A stretch of DNA of 64,000 nucleotides from Hypanus sabinus (taxonomy: Eukaryota), in the NCBI RefSeq assembly GCF_030144855.1, contig NC_082706.1, positions 35,278,001-35,342,000 of the forward strand. The letters run 5' to 3'. The notes beneath the pieces are model-generated. The model was not told the DNA's origin and did no database searches. It was given only the letters and a program-made list of their open reading frames with translations. Made by a program: the position numbers and the translations under genes. Positions 1-14,335 of this stretch are shown piece after piece (the first letter of the stretch is position 1; every line of letters begins with the position of its first letter).

Positions 1-254
1 TTGGAGTTAGAGAACGTTAGGCATTATCTTTTCACTCCAGTTTTTGCTAAAATTAATAGGAAGGGCAATACAGAGACTGTATATAGAGCTTAGATGAAGT
101 ACTGATAGAATGAACAATCTGAACTGAGGATATAAAAACATGGTAACCTAAAGACCCTAAAACAGTGTTGGACCAAGTAGCCACAGAAGGGGACCGACAC
201 AGGAATTTATTTTATTTAGAGATACAGCACTGTAAGAGGCCTTCCTGGCCCAAA

Positions 255-445
255 GCACCCATGCCGCCTATGTCAACAATTAACCTACTACCTCGTACAT
301 CTTTGGAATGGGGGAGGAAACCAGGGCACCCAGAGGAAACCCATGAAGACACGGGGAGAATGCACAAGCTCCTTACATACGCCTGTGAAAATTGAACCCA
401 GGTCGTTAATGCTATAAAAACCTACCCTGCTACACTACAATGCCA
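255..445 (-). mobile_element. V-SINE/HE1-like tRNA-derived SINE
   Basis: Conserved V-domain-like TTCTCCCCGTGTC..GGGTTTCCTCTGGGTGCCCTGGTTTCCTCCC. Related copies at ~46130-46285 (-), ~32690-32840 (+) and ~24935-25085. Confidence 0.7.
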
Positions 446-788
446 CCTCTGAAGTGGCCCCTGCTGAATCGGGAACAAAGATATATACTGCTGGATGAAC
501 TAGCCACATAAGAATCTAAAACAAAATAGTAGGAATCAGCCATCCAGCCCAGAGGGCCTGGCACACCTTCCAATTAAGTCATGGCTGGTCTGCTCATGGC
601 CTTACTTCCAACTTTCTACCTCATCCTCATAACTCTCGGCTCCATAGTTCAAAGCATATCTCAGCACACTTTGAATTTCTAATACCAATAAAGATCATTG
701 GAGAACAAAATTAAACACAATTGTGTAGAATAACATCAAATTAGTCAGGTATCTGGGCCAATCATAACAATTTAGGAAATTTCATCAC

Positions 789-906
789 CTATCAGTATCA
801 GAAGGTGGTGGTACTGGCTGTTGGGGTGGGATATCGGAGGTACAAAGATCTTCCACAAGAAACTTTCCATCATCCTGCTCAGCTCCAAGTAATGCGACAA
901 CTGCCC
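789..906 (-). CDS. POLD2: POLD2 coding exon 4 (118 bp); gene continues beyond the left edge
   Basis: Translates (G)[47 protein letters not shown] boundaries. Confidence 0.93.
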
Positions 907-3770
907 CTGGTAAACAAATACATGGTGAAATTAGACACAAGTCAATGAAGGAACCACAGTACTTTAAGTAACTTTAGGGATGGCTGTTATGAGAGAAATA
1001 ACTAAAACAAATTATGACAAATGGATTATACACTTCAAAATTTACAGCTGATTGACAGGATTAACATGATACAATCATAAGGTTGCTCAAAATGAAATAA
1101 AAACTGGGAAAGCATTTGAAAAATTGTTAAGAGATAACCAGAACTTCCAAGCTACAAAATGTAGTTTTAGGCGTCTGACTATGTTATTAATTTATGTTTG
1201 ACATCAAATACTTCACACCAGAGAACTTCATTTACTTAATAGGGCATACATCTAATTATTTTCCGGTGTCAAGTATTTCCCAACAAATTGAAAAGATTTA
1301 CACCAGCTATACATTGCTATCGCTCTTCCAAATAAATACAATTTGTTAATATACTGAATATTTGGGTGACATTTCAGACTAGCTGGAACTTCCAAAAAAA
1401 TCCCTAAAACACCCCTAAAATATCCCTAAAAAGTGTCCCTAAAACAAAAATGTAAATTTCCAGAGCCCCAAGCTACATGTAATCATGTTTATCTTTTATT
1501 AACAAAATTCAAACACGAAAGCAGACATGACAGCAAGGCCATGACTTAATGTTCATCCCCAGTATCCCTGACAAAATTATGGCGACTTGCCTTCTTTAAC
1601 TATGGCAGTCCTCATTGCCGCTGACCCACTGATATCACACAATTAACACAGACACATACACACGTATCTGAACATAGTGCACAAGTCTAAATGACATTCC
1701 GAAATGACAAGCCAAGAACATGAGGTGATCTCACTGAAACAAAATTCTTCAGAGCTTCACAGAGTAGATGCAGTGAAGATGAATGGGATGTCTAGGACAA
1801 GGCATCAAAATAAAGGATTGACTCTTTGGTGCTGTGATGAAAAGAAACTTAATTGCTAATTGCTGTTTAATTAATTTAATTGCTAATCTGGATAGAATTC
1901 TCTACCCAGAAAGACTGGAGTCTCAGTGACCAAATACATTCAAGGAAGAAATTGACTTAGTGTATATCAAGGGAATCAATGGGCACTATGGTATAGGAAT
2001 CCTATGGTACAGGAAACTGGGGCTGAGATCAAGTTACCCTTGATTTTACCAAATGACGCTCTACACTCAGACTGTGTCGTTAAGCACAGCTTAAGCACAT
2101 CAATAACTTCTAAGATGTTGTTGGAAATATCTCAGGTGATGATGAGGAGGCTTACAGGAGTGAGACAGACAGATTAGCTGGTTGAGTGGTGAGGCAACAA
2201 CCATCTTGCACTCAATGCCTGCAAGACCCAGACATTGTCAGAGGTGGAAAGGGTGAGCAGCTTTAAGTTTTGAGGTGTCAACATCTTGGAAAATCTGTCC
2301 CAGAACCAACTCCTGGTGCATTCATAAAGGAGGTATGCCAGCCACTTAACTTTGTTAAGAGCTTGAGGAGATTTAGTATGACACCAAAGACTTACAGATT
2401 TCCACAGATGTACAGTGGAGAGCATTCTGACTGGTATGGAGATTCTAATGCACAGGACTGCAGAGGCTGCAGAAAGTTGTAGACTTTGCCAGCTCCATTA
2501 CAGACATAAGCCTCCCCACCCCCCCATTGAGAACATCAGCAAGAGGCAGTGCGAAAAGGTGGCATCCATCACTAAGGAACCTCACTATCTAAGACAGACC
2601 CACTTCTTGAACCTCCCTGACGGTAATAACAAGAGCCTGAAGACCCATACTCAGTGATTAAGAAACAGTTTCTTCCTCTCGGCCATCAGATTTCTGAAGT
2701 CATGAGCTCTACCCCATTAATCCTTCTATTTTGCACTATTTATTTTACAATTTACATTAATTTATGCCCTTGCACTGTACTGCTGTTGCAAAACAACAAA
2801 TCTCACGTCATATAAGACAGTGATAATAAAACTGATTGTGAAAGGCAACCCCTGCTTTTTTTTTAATGTCACATATATTTTCAAAGCTATGAGTTTCTTG
2901 AATGCATTTTGCAGATGGTAGATATTCCAGTAAATGTGCACCATTGATAAGACAGTGGTCACACCTTCCCAGATAAAAGAGCTACGTCCACTGCACTTTC
3001 AGGCAACAACAACAAAAAAACTACGATATTGAAGACTTTTGCTTTGAAGACAGAAGTTAGGATGCATAGAATAGATCCCAGACATCCTATTTTAGACGCA
3101 GTATTTATGATTACTGCTTAGGTGAATATAGTGGCTGATACAAGAATGAAGTTGTCAGTGAACATCAAATAGAGGTTACACTTGGTATTGTTGAAGTTGA
3201 CAAACAAATAGAGCAAACACTACTTGCCATGTCAGCCAAAGGTCTACATCTTTTACTGGGTACAATATGGACCATACTCTTGAGTTGTAAAAAGAACTAA
3301 TTCAGTAATTAGTGAAATTGCCCATTCCTGACTTCTTAGGAAATGGAGAGTCTTTTTTCAAGTTGACAATGGTTGGGCTGTAGAAACTGTGAAGGGTGAA
3401 TAGGGTGAATTTGTTGTTACCTTGTAAGGCAGTTAATCAGGTATGAATCTCACCACGTTGTGTTGGAACAGTCTGGTGCAAATGAGCAAACTGTAAGCCA
3501 TTTGAGAGACAGTAAGGAATCAATAATATTCCCGTCAATCACATGCAACAGAATATTTAAACCATAAATCAGAAGTTGTCATTTTACAGAAACTACATAA
3601 ACATTGATCTTGGGCATTAATGCAAGTAATATCCAGAATGAGCAAGTCTGCCTAATTGGAAATCCACACAGTGGGCTTCCAATTAGGCAGACTGTGGAAC
3701 TTAATAAGACACGATTAATAGAGGAACGATTTTCTTAAATGATGTCTTCCAATGTTGTTTGCAGCCATAC

Positions 3771-3894
3771 CTGTGACAAATTTCTGGATATCAATTTTGC
3801 CTTCCAATTTGATGCGCTGTAACTCATCCTCCAGAATCAGCTCATCTAATTGGTCCGTGTGCTTTGTACGAGCTGGCTGCGGCAACAGGTTATG
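3771..3894 (-). CDS. POLD2: POLD2 coding exon 3 (124 bp)
   Basis: Translates [50 protein letters not shown] boundaries. Confidence 0.95.
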
Positions 3895-5235
3895 CTAAAA
3901 TAAAATAAAAAGTCTGCATTTAGAATTCTTGGAGTTACTATGAATCTGCCTAATCTAATGCCATTCAGTATTAATGTGTTTGTTAAACGTGGGGCTCAAG
4001 CCCTATTAAATTCACTGCCAGACTCCAGAATAGTCTGTTGTCAGAACCAAGGTTACAATACAGCAGGTACAGAACACTCTGAAGGTGGAGGAACACCAGT
4101 TTTGATACTTACCCACTGGTATTAATTACATAGGTAGAAAAAGATGAGGTCCTCCAAAGCAAATACAGGTATATAGGAAGGTTAAAAAGCAGGATCTCTC
4201 AGGTTGTAATTCCGGAATTACTCTGTGTCACTTGTTTGTGAGGGTAAAATATAGAACAGGACAGATGAGTGTGTGCATTAAGAGCTGGTTTGAGAAGGAA
4301 GGTCTTGGGCACAAAGTTCATTAAGATCACTTCTGGGGAAGGTGGGATCTGCACTGGTAGGACAAGTTACTGGAAGGGTGCCAATATCCTTTGTAGGAAG
4401 GTTTTCTCATGTATTTTGAGGGTTTAAACTAATTTGGCTGGGGGAAGTGGGGGTTCCAAAAGGTAGAGCAGATTAGAGAGCATAGGCCTTTGCTACACAG
4501 TAGTTTATTTTCTTTAACACAAAGATCCTCTCAAATGAGCTGCATGAATCAGTACCTATAATTACAATATTAATGCAACTACAGAAACACGGTTGAGTAA
4601 GGGTAGAGAAGGCAGCACAATCTTAAAGGATATAGAAGTTTCAGACATGACAGAGGGATACAGAAAATGGGGATCACACTTTTGTTGAAAATTTATCCTG
4701 GAGGGATGACCCAAAAAGGCCAAATGGATGCACATCAGGAATACGAGAAGGGTGATCATTTTGCTGGGGTTATACAACACGTGTCCCAAGAGTCAGCAGG
4801 TGTTAGAGAAACAGGTAAGTAAGCAAATTGCATAAAGTTATAAAGCAAGAGATATAGTAGAACAACACACACAAAATGCTGGTGGAACACAGCAGGCCAG
4901 GCAGCATCTATAAGAAGCACCGTTGACGTTTTGGGCCGAGACCCTTCATCAGTCCTGAATTTCCAGCATCTGCAGATTTCCTCGTGTTTGCTTTTGGGAT
5001 ATAGTAGAGGGAGATTTGAACTTTCCCAATATTGCCTGGAAGTGCCTTATGGTTTGGGGCTTACATAGGACTGAATTTGATAACTACATCTAAGGAAGTT
5101 CTTTCAGACAGTAACTCTACCAGAAAAGAGGCTGCACTTGACCTTATCTTAGGAAGTAAAAACAGGCAGGCAGTTGCAAACATGAGAAAATTATCAAATA
5201 CTTAATATAATCTCTGCATCCTTACACCAGCCTAC

Positions 5236-5357
5236 CTCTTCGCTGATTTCACGCAAGATGGATGGCTTCAACTCCATCTTTTTGAAGAGAGTCCCAATTG
5301 CACAACATTTCTCCTTGACCTGCAGTTCACACAACTTCTTCACTGGCACATCGGCTC
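5236..5357 (-). CDS. POLD2: POLD2 coding exon 2 (122 bp)
   Basis: Translates (G)[48 protein letters not shown] boundaries, phase consistent with neighbours. Confidence 0.95.
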
Positions 5358-7177
5358 CTGGAAAACAGCATAGGATCTATCAGCACCAGCTCTACCAATA
5401 TTTTTTAAATTCAGGTTGTAAAAGTTCTTATTACACTTTACAGAACACAATTTTAAATGTTTTATTCATTTTAAAAAGGATATCAAAAAGTTCAAAGTAA
5501 ATTTTATTATCAGAGTGCATGTATGTCACCACATACAACCCTGAGATTCATTTTTCTGTGGGGATAGTCAACAAATCTACAGTGTAGTAACTATAACAGG
5601 ATCAATGAAAGATCAACCAGAAGACAACAAACTGCGTAAACATAAATAAACACCAATAAATAACAAGATACGAGTTCTTAAAGTGAGATCACTGGGTGTG
5701 GGAACATCTCAATGATGGACAAGTGAGTATAGCTATCCTTTTTTTTTTAAAGATGATTGAAGGGTAGTAGCTGTTTCTGAACTTGTGGTGTGAGTCCTGA
5801 GGCTTTTGCACCTTCTACCTGATGGCAGCAGTGAGAAAAGAACATGGCCCGGGTGGTGAAGTCATCAGCAACGTTTCAATTAAATGTATTTTCAAGAAAA
5901 TGTATACTGAAAGACCTTGTTTTAATGCACCTGGAGACAAGGAGACAATGCATCCATTAGTAGGAGAGTCTGTATTCTGAACTACAGGGATACCCTATTA
6001 CAACTGAGATGCTGGGGAACTTCTTCAGGAATTGTGGAATTCATTGTCCTGGAGGTCTGTAGAGGCCAAGTCATTGGATGTGCTCAAGACAAAGATTAAA
6101 AGTTTCTTTAATGATAAGTGAAGAATCTGGAGAATGCAGTTAAGAAAAAGAAACAACAATTAATTATTTTCCTGTATCATAAGGTCTTTTGCCCCACACT
6201 GTAATTTTAGAACTGAACAGCATCCATCTAGGCTAGAACAGACTTCCAAATAAATTAGTCCTGCAACAGAACGATTTGACATTTCGCTATGTAAATGAAA
6301 TAAAAACAGAACTGGCGGATTCCACACTTTTGTATGAATATTTATAAGATAATTATCGACTTTTATAGTAGTATGCAATATTTTGGTTTAGCGTAATCTG
6401 CACAGTTTGCACATGCGCCTTGTGATCTCCGTGTTTTCTCTCACAACCAAGAGGCATAAAGTGGCAGATTAATTCACTACTGCAAATTATCCTTTGCTAA
6501 TGAGATAAAGGATCAAAAAGGGGATCAATTGGCTTGTGTTGCTTAGAATAAATTGAAGGGATACAGGGAAATTAAGAAGAGGGGCTGGAGAGCAATGTAA
6601 TTGTTTCCCATGGACGTCTATAGAGAAAGAAAAAACAAGTTGGATAATCGTATGAAAGAACTGACTAGTTCAGATACAACCTCACTGAAATTGTCAAATT
6701 AAATATTCACTCTGAGATTGCATCATGCCCAGATGGAAGATATGTGCTGTTCCTAAAAATTGCATCTGACCTCACTGGAACAGAGCAGGAGGCTGCAGGC
6801 ACAAGTTAAGAGTGAAGGAACTCAACAGGCCAGGCAGTGAATATGGAAAACAGTACAGTCGACGGTTCGGGCCGAGACCCTCATCAGGACTGGAGGGAAA
6901 AAAAGATGAGTAGATTTAAAAGGTGGAGGAGGGAAGAGAGAAACACAAGATGATAGATGAAACCGGGAGAGGGAGAAGTGAAGTAACGAGCTGGGAAGTT
7001 GTTCGGTGAAAGAGATACAGGGCTGGAGAAGGGGAAATCTGATAGAAGAGTATAGAAGGTTATGGAAGAAAGAAGAGGGGAGGAGCATCAGAGGGAGGCG
7101 ATGGTCAGGCAAGAACATAGGTGAGAGAGGGAAAAGGGGATGGGAAATGGTGAAGGAAAGGGGGGTGGGGGACAGTA

Positions 7178-7967
7178 CAGGCAGTCCCCGGGTTACGTAC
7201 AAGTTCCGTTCCTGAGTCCGTCTTTAAGTTGGATTTGTAAGTAAGTCGGAACAAGTACACCCGGTATTATTTAGCGTCAGTTAGTCAAACGCTTGTCTTA
7301 GTATATAGTATATATGTTACCTTTCTATGCATATAAAACACTTAAGAAACGTATGTATTCCAATAATTAAACCACTGCATTGCTTAGTAATAATTGTAGC
7401 TTTCATCGGGGCAGGGCCTTTCACATGCTCCATTATTATCACTATATCCATTATCCTTTAAAATTCTTCCAATCATTGACCGACTGTAGCCTAATGTTTT
7501 TCTAATGACCGATGGCATTTCACCTCTTTCCAAACGCTTTATTATTTCCACTTTATTTTCAATCGTGATCACTTCCCGTCGATGGAACAGAAACACTGCG
7601 GGTGGCGAGTCCCAAGGTCTGCTGGGTCCTAAGGACCACCGCACTGCGACAGACTAAATGGGACAAGTGGGGACTGTGCTGGGTTTGGGTATTTGATCAT
7701 CCACAATATTTCACGTGGGAATTTAAACTGGAGATGGCAGTGTGTGTGTTTTTTTTACAAGGTCAAGTTGCGAGCTTGACATCAACCCGGCACGGATGGT
7801 ACGGGAGTCACTGGATTGAACTCGGAAACCCTCCATTCTCAACCCCCGCATAGGTCTCACTGCGCCACCAGTCGACCGGAATTGGGGGGGGGGGGCGACT
7901 TCTCCTTCCTCGGTTCGTAAGTACAAGTTGTCCCTAAGTCGGACATTCGTAACTCAGGGACTACCTG
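7178..7967 (-). mobile_element. Non-autonomous pogo/Tigger-like DNA transposon
   Basis: TIRs CAGGCAGTCCCCGGGTTACG / CGTAACTCAGGGACTACCTG, TA TSDs. CENP-B-type N-terminal HTH remnant RREVITIENKVEIIKRLERGE...GYSRSMIGRILKD. Confidence 0.85.
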
Positions 7968-8372
7968 TACCAGAAGTTTGAGAAATCGATGTTCATGCCA
8001 TCAGTTTGGAGGCCACCCAGACAGAATACAAGGTGTTGTTCCTCATACCTGAATGCATGGGGTCAGGGTGAATTTTACTAAGAAAAATTTAAGCCAAATA
8101 CAAAGTTAAAAACTCACCACAGTGTCAATGGCAACAACTTAAAATGGTGGATGGTGTCACAATCCGACTTAAAATGGCAGACGGCATCTTGATCTGATTT
8201 AGAATGGCGGAAGGCGTTCTCCTTCCTCGGTTCGTAAGTACGAGTTGTCCCTAAGTCGGACATTCGTAACTCGGGGACTAACTGTACCAGAAGTTTGAGA
8301 AATGGATGTTCATGCCATCAATTTGGAGGCCACCCAGACAGAATACAAGGTGTTGTTCCTCATACCTGAATG
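7900..8372 (+). repeat. 156-bp direct duplication (7900-8055 and 8217-8372)
   Basis: Near-identical copies, each comprising the MITE right end plus ~88 bp of flank. Confidence 0.9.
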
Positions 8373-11179
8373 TAGCCTCAACACAACAGTAGAGGAGGCC
8401 ATGGATTGACATATGGGAATGGGATTGGAAAGTGGAAGTAAAAATTGGTGGCCAGTGCAAGATGCTGCTTCATCTGGCAACGGAGTGTAGGTGCTCAGCG
8501 AAGCAGTCTCCCAATCTACATCACCAATACACAGGGGGCCACATCAGGAGCACTAGACACATATGACCCCAACAGATGAGGGAGGTGGTGTAGGGGCAGG
8601 TGTAGCACTTGTTCCACTTGCAAGGTTAAGTGCCAGGGGTAGGTCAGTTGGAAGGGACGAATGGTAAAAGGAGCTGTGTAGGGAGAGATCCCTGTGAAAA
8701 GCAGTGGTGGGGGGGGGGGCATGTGCTTGGTGGTGGGTGGGATCCCATTGGAGATGACGGAAGTTTTGGAGAATTATTTGCTGGACGCGGAGGCTGTAAA
8801 GGTGGTAGGTGAGGACAAGAGGAACCCTAGTAGGGTGGCGAGAGCAGACATGAAGAGATGTGGTTGAGGGTAACATTTTAATGGAGGAAGAAGGGAAGCC
8901 CCTTTCTTTGAAAAAGGAGGACACTTCCTACTTTTTAGAGTGAAAAGCCTCATCTGAGAGCAGATGTAGCAGAGGCAGAGGAATTGAGTGAAGTGGATGG
9001 TGTTTTTATAAGTAACAGGGTGGGAAGAGGTATAGTCCAGGTAGCTGTGAGAGTCCATGGGTTACAAATCACAAAACGCTGGAGGACATCAACAGGCAGC
9101 ATCTATGTAAAAAGAGGACGGATGGCATTTCAGGTTAAAGGACTGTTTGGGTCTCTGGATGGTGGCAAGAGATGAGGTAAAACAGCAGGTGGTGATCTTC
9201 TGCAGTCACATGGGAAATTACCGTGAGAACTGGTTAGAGGAAATAGAAGAGCAAACTAGAGAAGAAACAATTCCTTTGGAATGCCCCAAAGGCAGGGGAG
9301 GGAAGAGGTGACTGATGGTGCCATCCGCAGAGATAGGGAGATGTTGGAAGGACAATCTTATATTAAGTTTGCAATGGAATATGGAGACCAGGGAAGTCTG
9401 TCCTTGCTCAGGTTAGGAAAAGAATGGGTGAGAACAGAGAGTATAGGAAATAGGTGAAACATGGTCAACAGTGCTGTTAACAATGACAGAGAATAAACCG
9501 GGGTTAAGGAGGAAAGAAAATATCTCAAGAGGTACAGTACCTTTATGGCAAATTCTATCTGTTTCAAGATTCAAGTTACCCGACACCTTTGCCTCATACT
9601 TCCTCCCTGTAGCTCTTGATAACTACAAAAGTAATTTGCTCAAACAATTTACAAGTCTACAAATAAAAATAGCTGCTTGTACAACTCCTACACCTGCCAC
9701 CTACCATCACCACATCTTGGGCACTAGCAAGTAGACACAAAGTCCCACGTCACACTACCTAGCCAACAGCTTAACTATCCCTATGCAGACAATTCAACCA
9801 ATACATCGATAGGAAAGGGTTAGAGTGATAATGGGCCAAGCACAAGCAAATAGGACCAGCTCGGTTAATAAACTTAGTTGGTATAGATGACTTGGGCCAC
9901 AGGTACTTGGTTTTCCACCAGGGTCCCATTTACCTGCACTCGGATCATACCTTTCTGATGCATATACCTATCCAAACTTCCTCTTACATGTTACATTGAA
10001 CCTGCAACTACCACTTCAGCTGGAAGCTTGTTCCACACACACATTATCCTCTGAGTGAGGTTTCCCCTCAGATTCCTCAGGATATTTCGTCTTTCACCCT
10101 AAATCTATAAACTCTAGTTCTAATCTCATCCAATATGAGGGAAAAAATACATTCACTGAATCTACTCCCCTCAATTTTGTATTGTTCTATAAGATCTATA
10201 TTTCTACACTATTCTTGGTTGGTGCGACTATAACGAAACACAATTTCGCTCGGGATCAATAAAGTATGTCTGTCTGTCTGATCTCTTCCTCATTCTTCTG
10301 TGCTCCAGGAAATAAAAGCCTGGACTTTTCACTATAACTCAGGCCAAATCCTGACAATATTCCTGCTAGTTTTCTCTATAGTTTTTCAAGGTTATTTATA
10401 TCTTTCCTGTAGGTAGGTGACCAGAACTACCCAACATACTCTAAATTTGGCTTCCCAACATTTTATACAACTTCAGTCTAACAAGCCAACTCCTGTACTC
10501 AATGCACTAATTTACAAAGACCAATGAGCTGAAACCTCACCTTACAACCCTATCTACCTGTGCTGCCACTTTCAAGGAATTATGGATCTGTATTGCCAGT
10601 TTACTTTGTTCTACCACACATCTCAGTGCCCTACCATTCACTGTGCAAGTCTTATACTAGTTTATCCTCTAAGTGCAACATCCAACACCTGTCTGCATTA
10701 AATTTCATCTTCCATTTTTGCAGCCCTTTTTCCCTACTAATCTAGATCACTTGGCAAGTTTTGTAGCCTTCCTTACTTTCCACTATGTCCCTATCCTGGT
10801 GGCATCCTCAAATCTGCCCATCAATTTAACCACATTATCATGCAACTCAGTAATATAGATGATAAACAACAATAGATGCAGCACCATCCCTGGAGCATAG
10901 TCACAAGCCTCCGAACAGATAGACAGCCATCTACTACCATTCTATGGTTTCTCCCCCTAAGCCAACACTGAATCTAACAGAGTACTTCAGCCTGAACGCC
11001 AAGCAACTAAACTGTCGGGACCAGCCTCTCATATAGAATTTTGTCAAGGGAACTGATAAAATTCCACATAGACAATGTCCACTACCTTCCCTTCACCAAC
11101 CTCCTTAGGAAAAAAATTAAAGATTTGAACTGCCACACAAAGCCATATTGACTATCCCTAATCAGGCCCTGCATATCCA

Positions 11180-11308
11180 GCAAACACCAGGAAATCTGCA
11201 GATGCTGGAAATTCAAACACACAAAATGCTGGTGGAACACAGCAGGCCAGGCAGCATCTATAGGAAGAAGCACTGTCGACGTTTCGGGCTGAGACCCTTA
11301 GTCAGGAC
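11180..11308 (-). mobile_element. Short hammerhead-headed Penelope-associated element
   Basis: Same family; 6-bp TSD TATCCA; inserted into a CR1 fragment. Confidence 0.72.
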
Positions 11309-13054
11309 TATCCAAATACTTATATATCCTGTCCCTTGTGGTATCTTCCAACAATTTACCACAGCTGTTATCAGGCTTAACAGCCTATAACTTCCTAGCT
11401 TATTCTTAAGTAACTAATGTTGTTCTATACTCATCTCAGGATAATCTAGACGGGAAAGACACATGGCTCATTTACTACAGTTCTACCTTCAATACTACTA
11501 TTCCAAGAAAACTCAGCACTAAACTCTGTACCCTGGTAATTAATCCCTCTTACTGCAACTGAATCCTTGACTTTCTGATCAATAGACTACAATCAGTAAG
11601 GATCGGAGCCAACACCTCCACCGTGATTATTCCAAACACTGTTACTCTGCATGGTTGCATCCTCAGCCCCATACTCACAACTCTGTGGCCAGATTCTGCT
11701 CCAATTCCATCTACCAGCTTATAGATGATACTACTATAATGGGCCACATCTCAAATGAGTCAGAATACAGGAAGAGGATGGAGAGCTTTGTGACTTGATG
11801 TAGTAACAACCTTTCCCTCAAATGTCAATGAACGAGCTGTTCAGTGTCTTCAGAAAAGGGGAGGTGGGTGGGGGAGGCACTGGGTGCTTCACTTTCTTAG
11901 CTGTTAAGATCAGCAAAAGCCTGTTCTGGTCCAACCACAGTGACATCACAGCCAATGCCTTCACTTCTTCAAAAGGCTAAAGAATTCTGGCATGTCCCCA
12001 TCGACACTTACCAATTTTTAGCGATGTACCATTGAAAACGTTCTACCCAGATGCATCATAGCTTAGCCTGCACAGTGATTCAAAGAACATTTATCGAAGT
12101 ATGTATACAGTATATGATACTGAGATTCATCTTCCCACAGGCAGACACGAAACAAAGAAAAACATCAAACCCCCAACGTGCAAAAAAAGAACAAGTTGTG
12201 CAAACAGCAAAACAAAACAAGCAAAAAACACAGAATATAAAACACCAAACCACAAATCATCCAACCAATGCAGACTTATTCAGTTCAGTTCAATCTAGCT
12301 CTGTGTCATTCATAAACTTCAGGCTGCAGACTAGGCCACCCCAATCAAAATCACACAAAATAACTAAAAAAAGAGGCAACCAGAAACCAGAAATAAATCA
12401 TAACACAAACTGTGTCAATTAATAGCCAGGACTTTGGCAGCATTGAGCGAGAAGGAGGGAACATCACACGCAAACACCTTTCGCCAGCAGCAAGCAAGAG
12501 GCTGGTAGGAGGTATTGAACACCAGCCTGCCTTCTGATCTTGCTCTAATGATTTCAATCATCCTTGACGCTTTAATCGGCGAGATTGGCAAGAAGTTAAG
12601 TTAATCATGGGTTAACGCCCCATCTCCAGCTTCCTGACCTCCAGGCCATACACTTCACTTGAAACCTCACAGAACCCCCTCGGAGACAATAAAGCACCAG
12701 ATCACTCGATCAGCCCAAAAACACACCACCAAAATGTAGATCACAGGCTCCAACTGTAGTAGAACCATATTTGAAGAAAAAGAGAAAGAAGTCGTTTTGT
12801 GGACCGTCTCTAAAGGATGTTGCCCAGATGCATTTGCAAGGAACTGCAGAGTTGTCAACCTGGCTCAGTACATCACTGAAATCAGCCTCCCCTCTCTGGA
12901 GTTTGTCTATACTTCTCACTGCATCAGTGAAGTATCCAACATATTCAAAGATCCCACCCACCCTGGATTCTCTCTTCTGCCCTCTCCCATCAAGCATAAG
13001 ATACAAAAGTCTTAAAGCATATTCACCAGGCTCAAGGACAGGTTTTATCCCACT

Positions 13055-14335
13055 GTTCTATCACCCAGTAGCACTTACATTGACTGTGATGAAGTGCTTT
13101 GAGAAGTTGGTGATGAAACACATCAACTCGTGCCTGAGGGGTGACTTGGATCTGCTCCAATTTGCTTACCGTCAGAACAGGTCAACAACAGATGCCAGTT
13201 CATTGGCTCTTCACTCAGCCCTGGAGAATCTGGACCGTGAAGATGCATACATCAGGGTGCTCTTCATTGACTACAGCTCAGCATCCACTGTCATCCACCC
13301 AAAACTAAAACTAATCACAAAGCTCCAAGGCCAAGGCCTAAATACCTCCTTGTGCAATAGGATTCTCAATTTCCTTAGTCAGTTCGGATTGGCAACAACA
13401 TCGCCTCCAATCACCATCAGCATAGGTGCATCACAAGACTGTGTGCTTCTACCCCTGCTCTACACGTTTTAAACTTGCAACTCTAAGGCTAAGTACATAT
13501 TCAAGTTTGCTGGTGACACCACTGTTGTTAGCCGAATCAATGATGGTGACGAATCGCCATTTAGGAGATTGAAAATCTGAATGAATTGTGCACAAGAACC
13601 TCACCTCCAATGTCAACAAAACCAAACAGCTGACAAGGGGGGGGGGGGGGGGAGAAACGGAAGTCCACAAGTCAGTCCTCATCAGGGGATTAGATGTGGA
13701 GAGAATCAGGAATTTTAAATTTCTGGAGTTAATCAATTCAGGGGATCTGTCCTGGCACCAGCACTTGAGGGCACAGCGGCACCTCTACTTTCTCTTCGTA
13801 GATTCGGCACGTCATCTAATACTTTAATACACAGCTATTGATGCAGAGGAGAGTATCCTGACTGGTTGCATCATGACCTGGCAGTAAAACACAAATGCCC
13901 ATGAACGATAAAGCAAACAAAAAGTAGTCAATACAGCCCACTCCATCCCTACTACTGAGCACATCTACAAAGAATGCACCACAAGAAAGCAGCACCCATC
14001 ATCAAGGACCCCACCATTCAGGCCATGCTCTCTTCTCACTGCTACCATCCGGAAAGAGCTACCTCAAGTCCCACACCACCAAGATCAGGAACAGTCAACT
14101 ACCAAGGCTCCTAAACCAGTGTGGATAACTTCACTCACCTCAACAATGATTCCACAACCTATGCCCCCACTTTCAAGGACTCTACAACTCTTGTCCTCAA
14201 TATTATTATCACTGCTTTTGAATTTGCACATTTTGTCTTCTTTTGCCCATTGTTGTGTTTTTGTGTGTAGTTTTTCACTGATTCCATTGTGTTTCTGTTT
14301 CTACTGTGAATGCCCACAAGAAAATGACGACCAGG
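13055..14335 (+). mobile_element. Rex1/Babar-like LINE fragment
   Basis: PVALTLTVMKCFEKLV, LDLLQFAYRQNRSTTDA, IRVLFIDYSSA. Confidence 0.85.

Larger units (their letters stand above)
6820..9062 (-). mobile_element. Penelope-like retroelement 3' portion, interrupted by the Tigger MITE
   Basis: DSHSYLDYTSSHP...FTQFL..., MSSFFKERGFP, PLVLTYH and GIY-YIG-region remnants. A polypyrimidine tract and a hammerhead-like motif lie at its 3' end (6856-6892). Confidence 0.85.

Noticed and set aside
255-445. tRNA gene
   Set aside because: Degenerate tRNA-derived SINE head attached to a V-domain; no intact cloverleaf.
12771-13472. 233-aa ORF as a host gene
   Set aside because: Chance fusion of Rex1-type LINE fragments.
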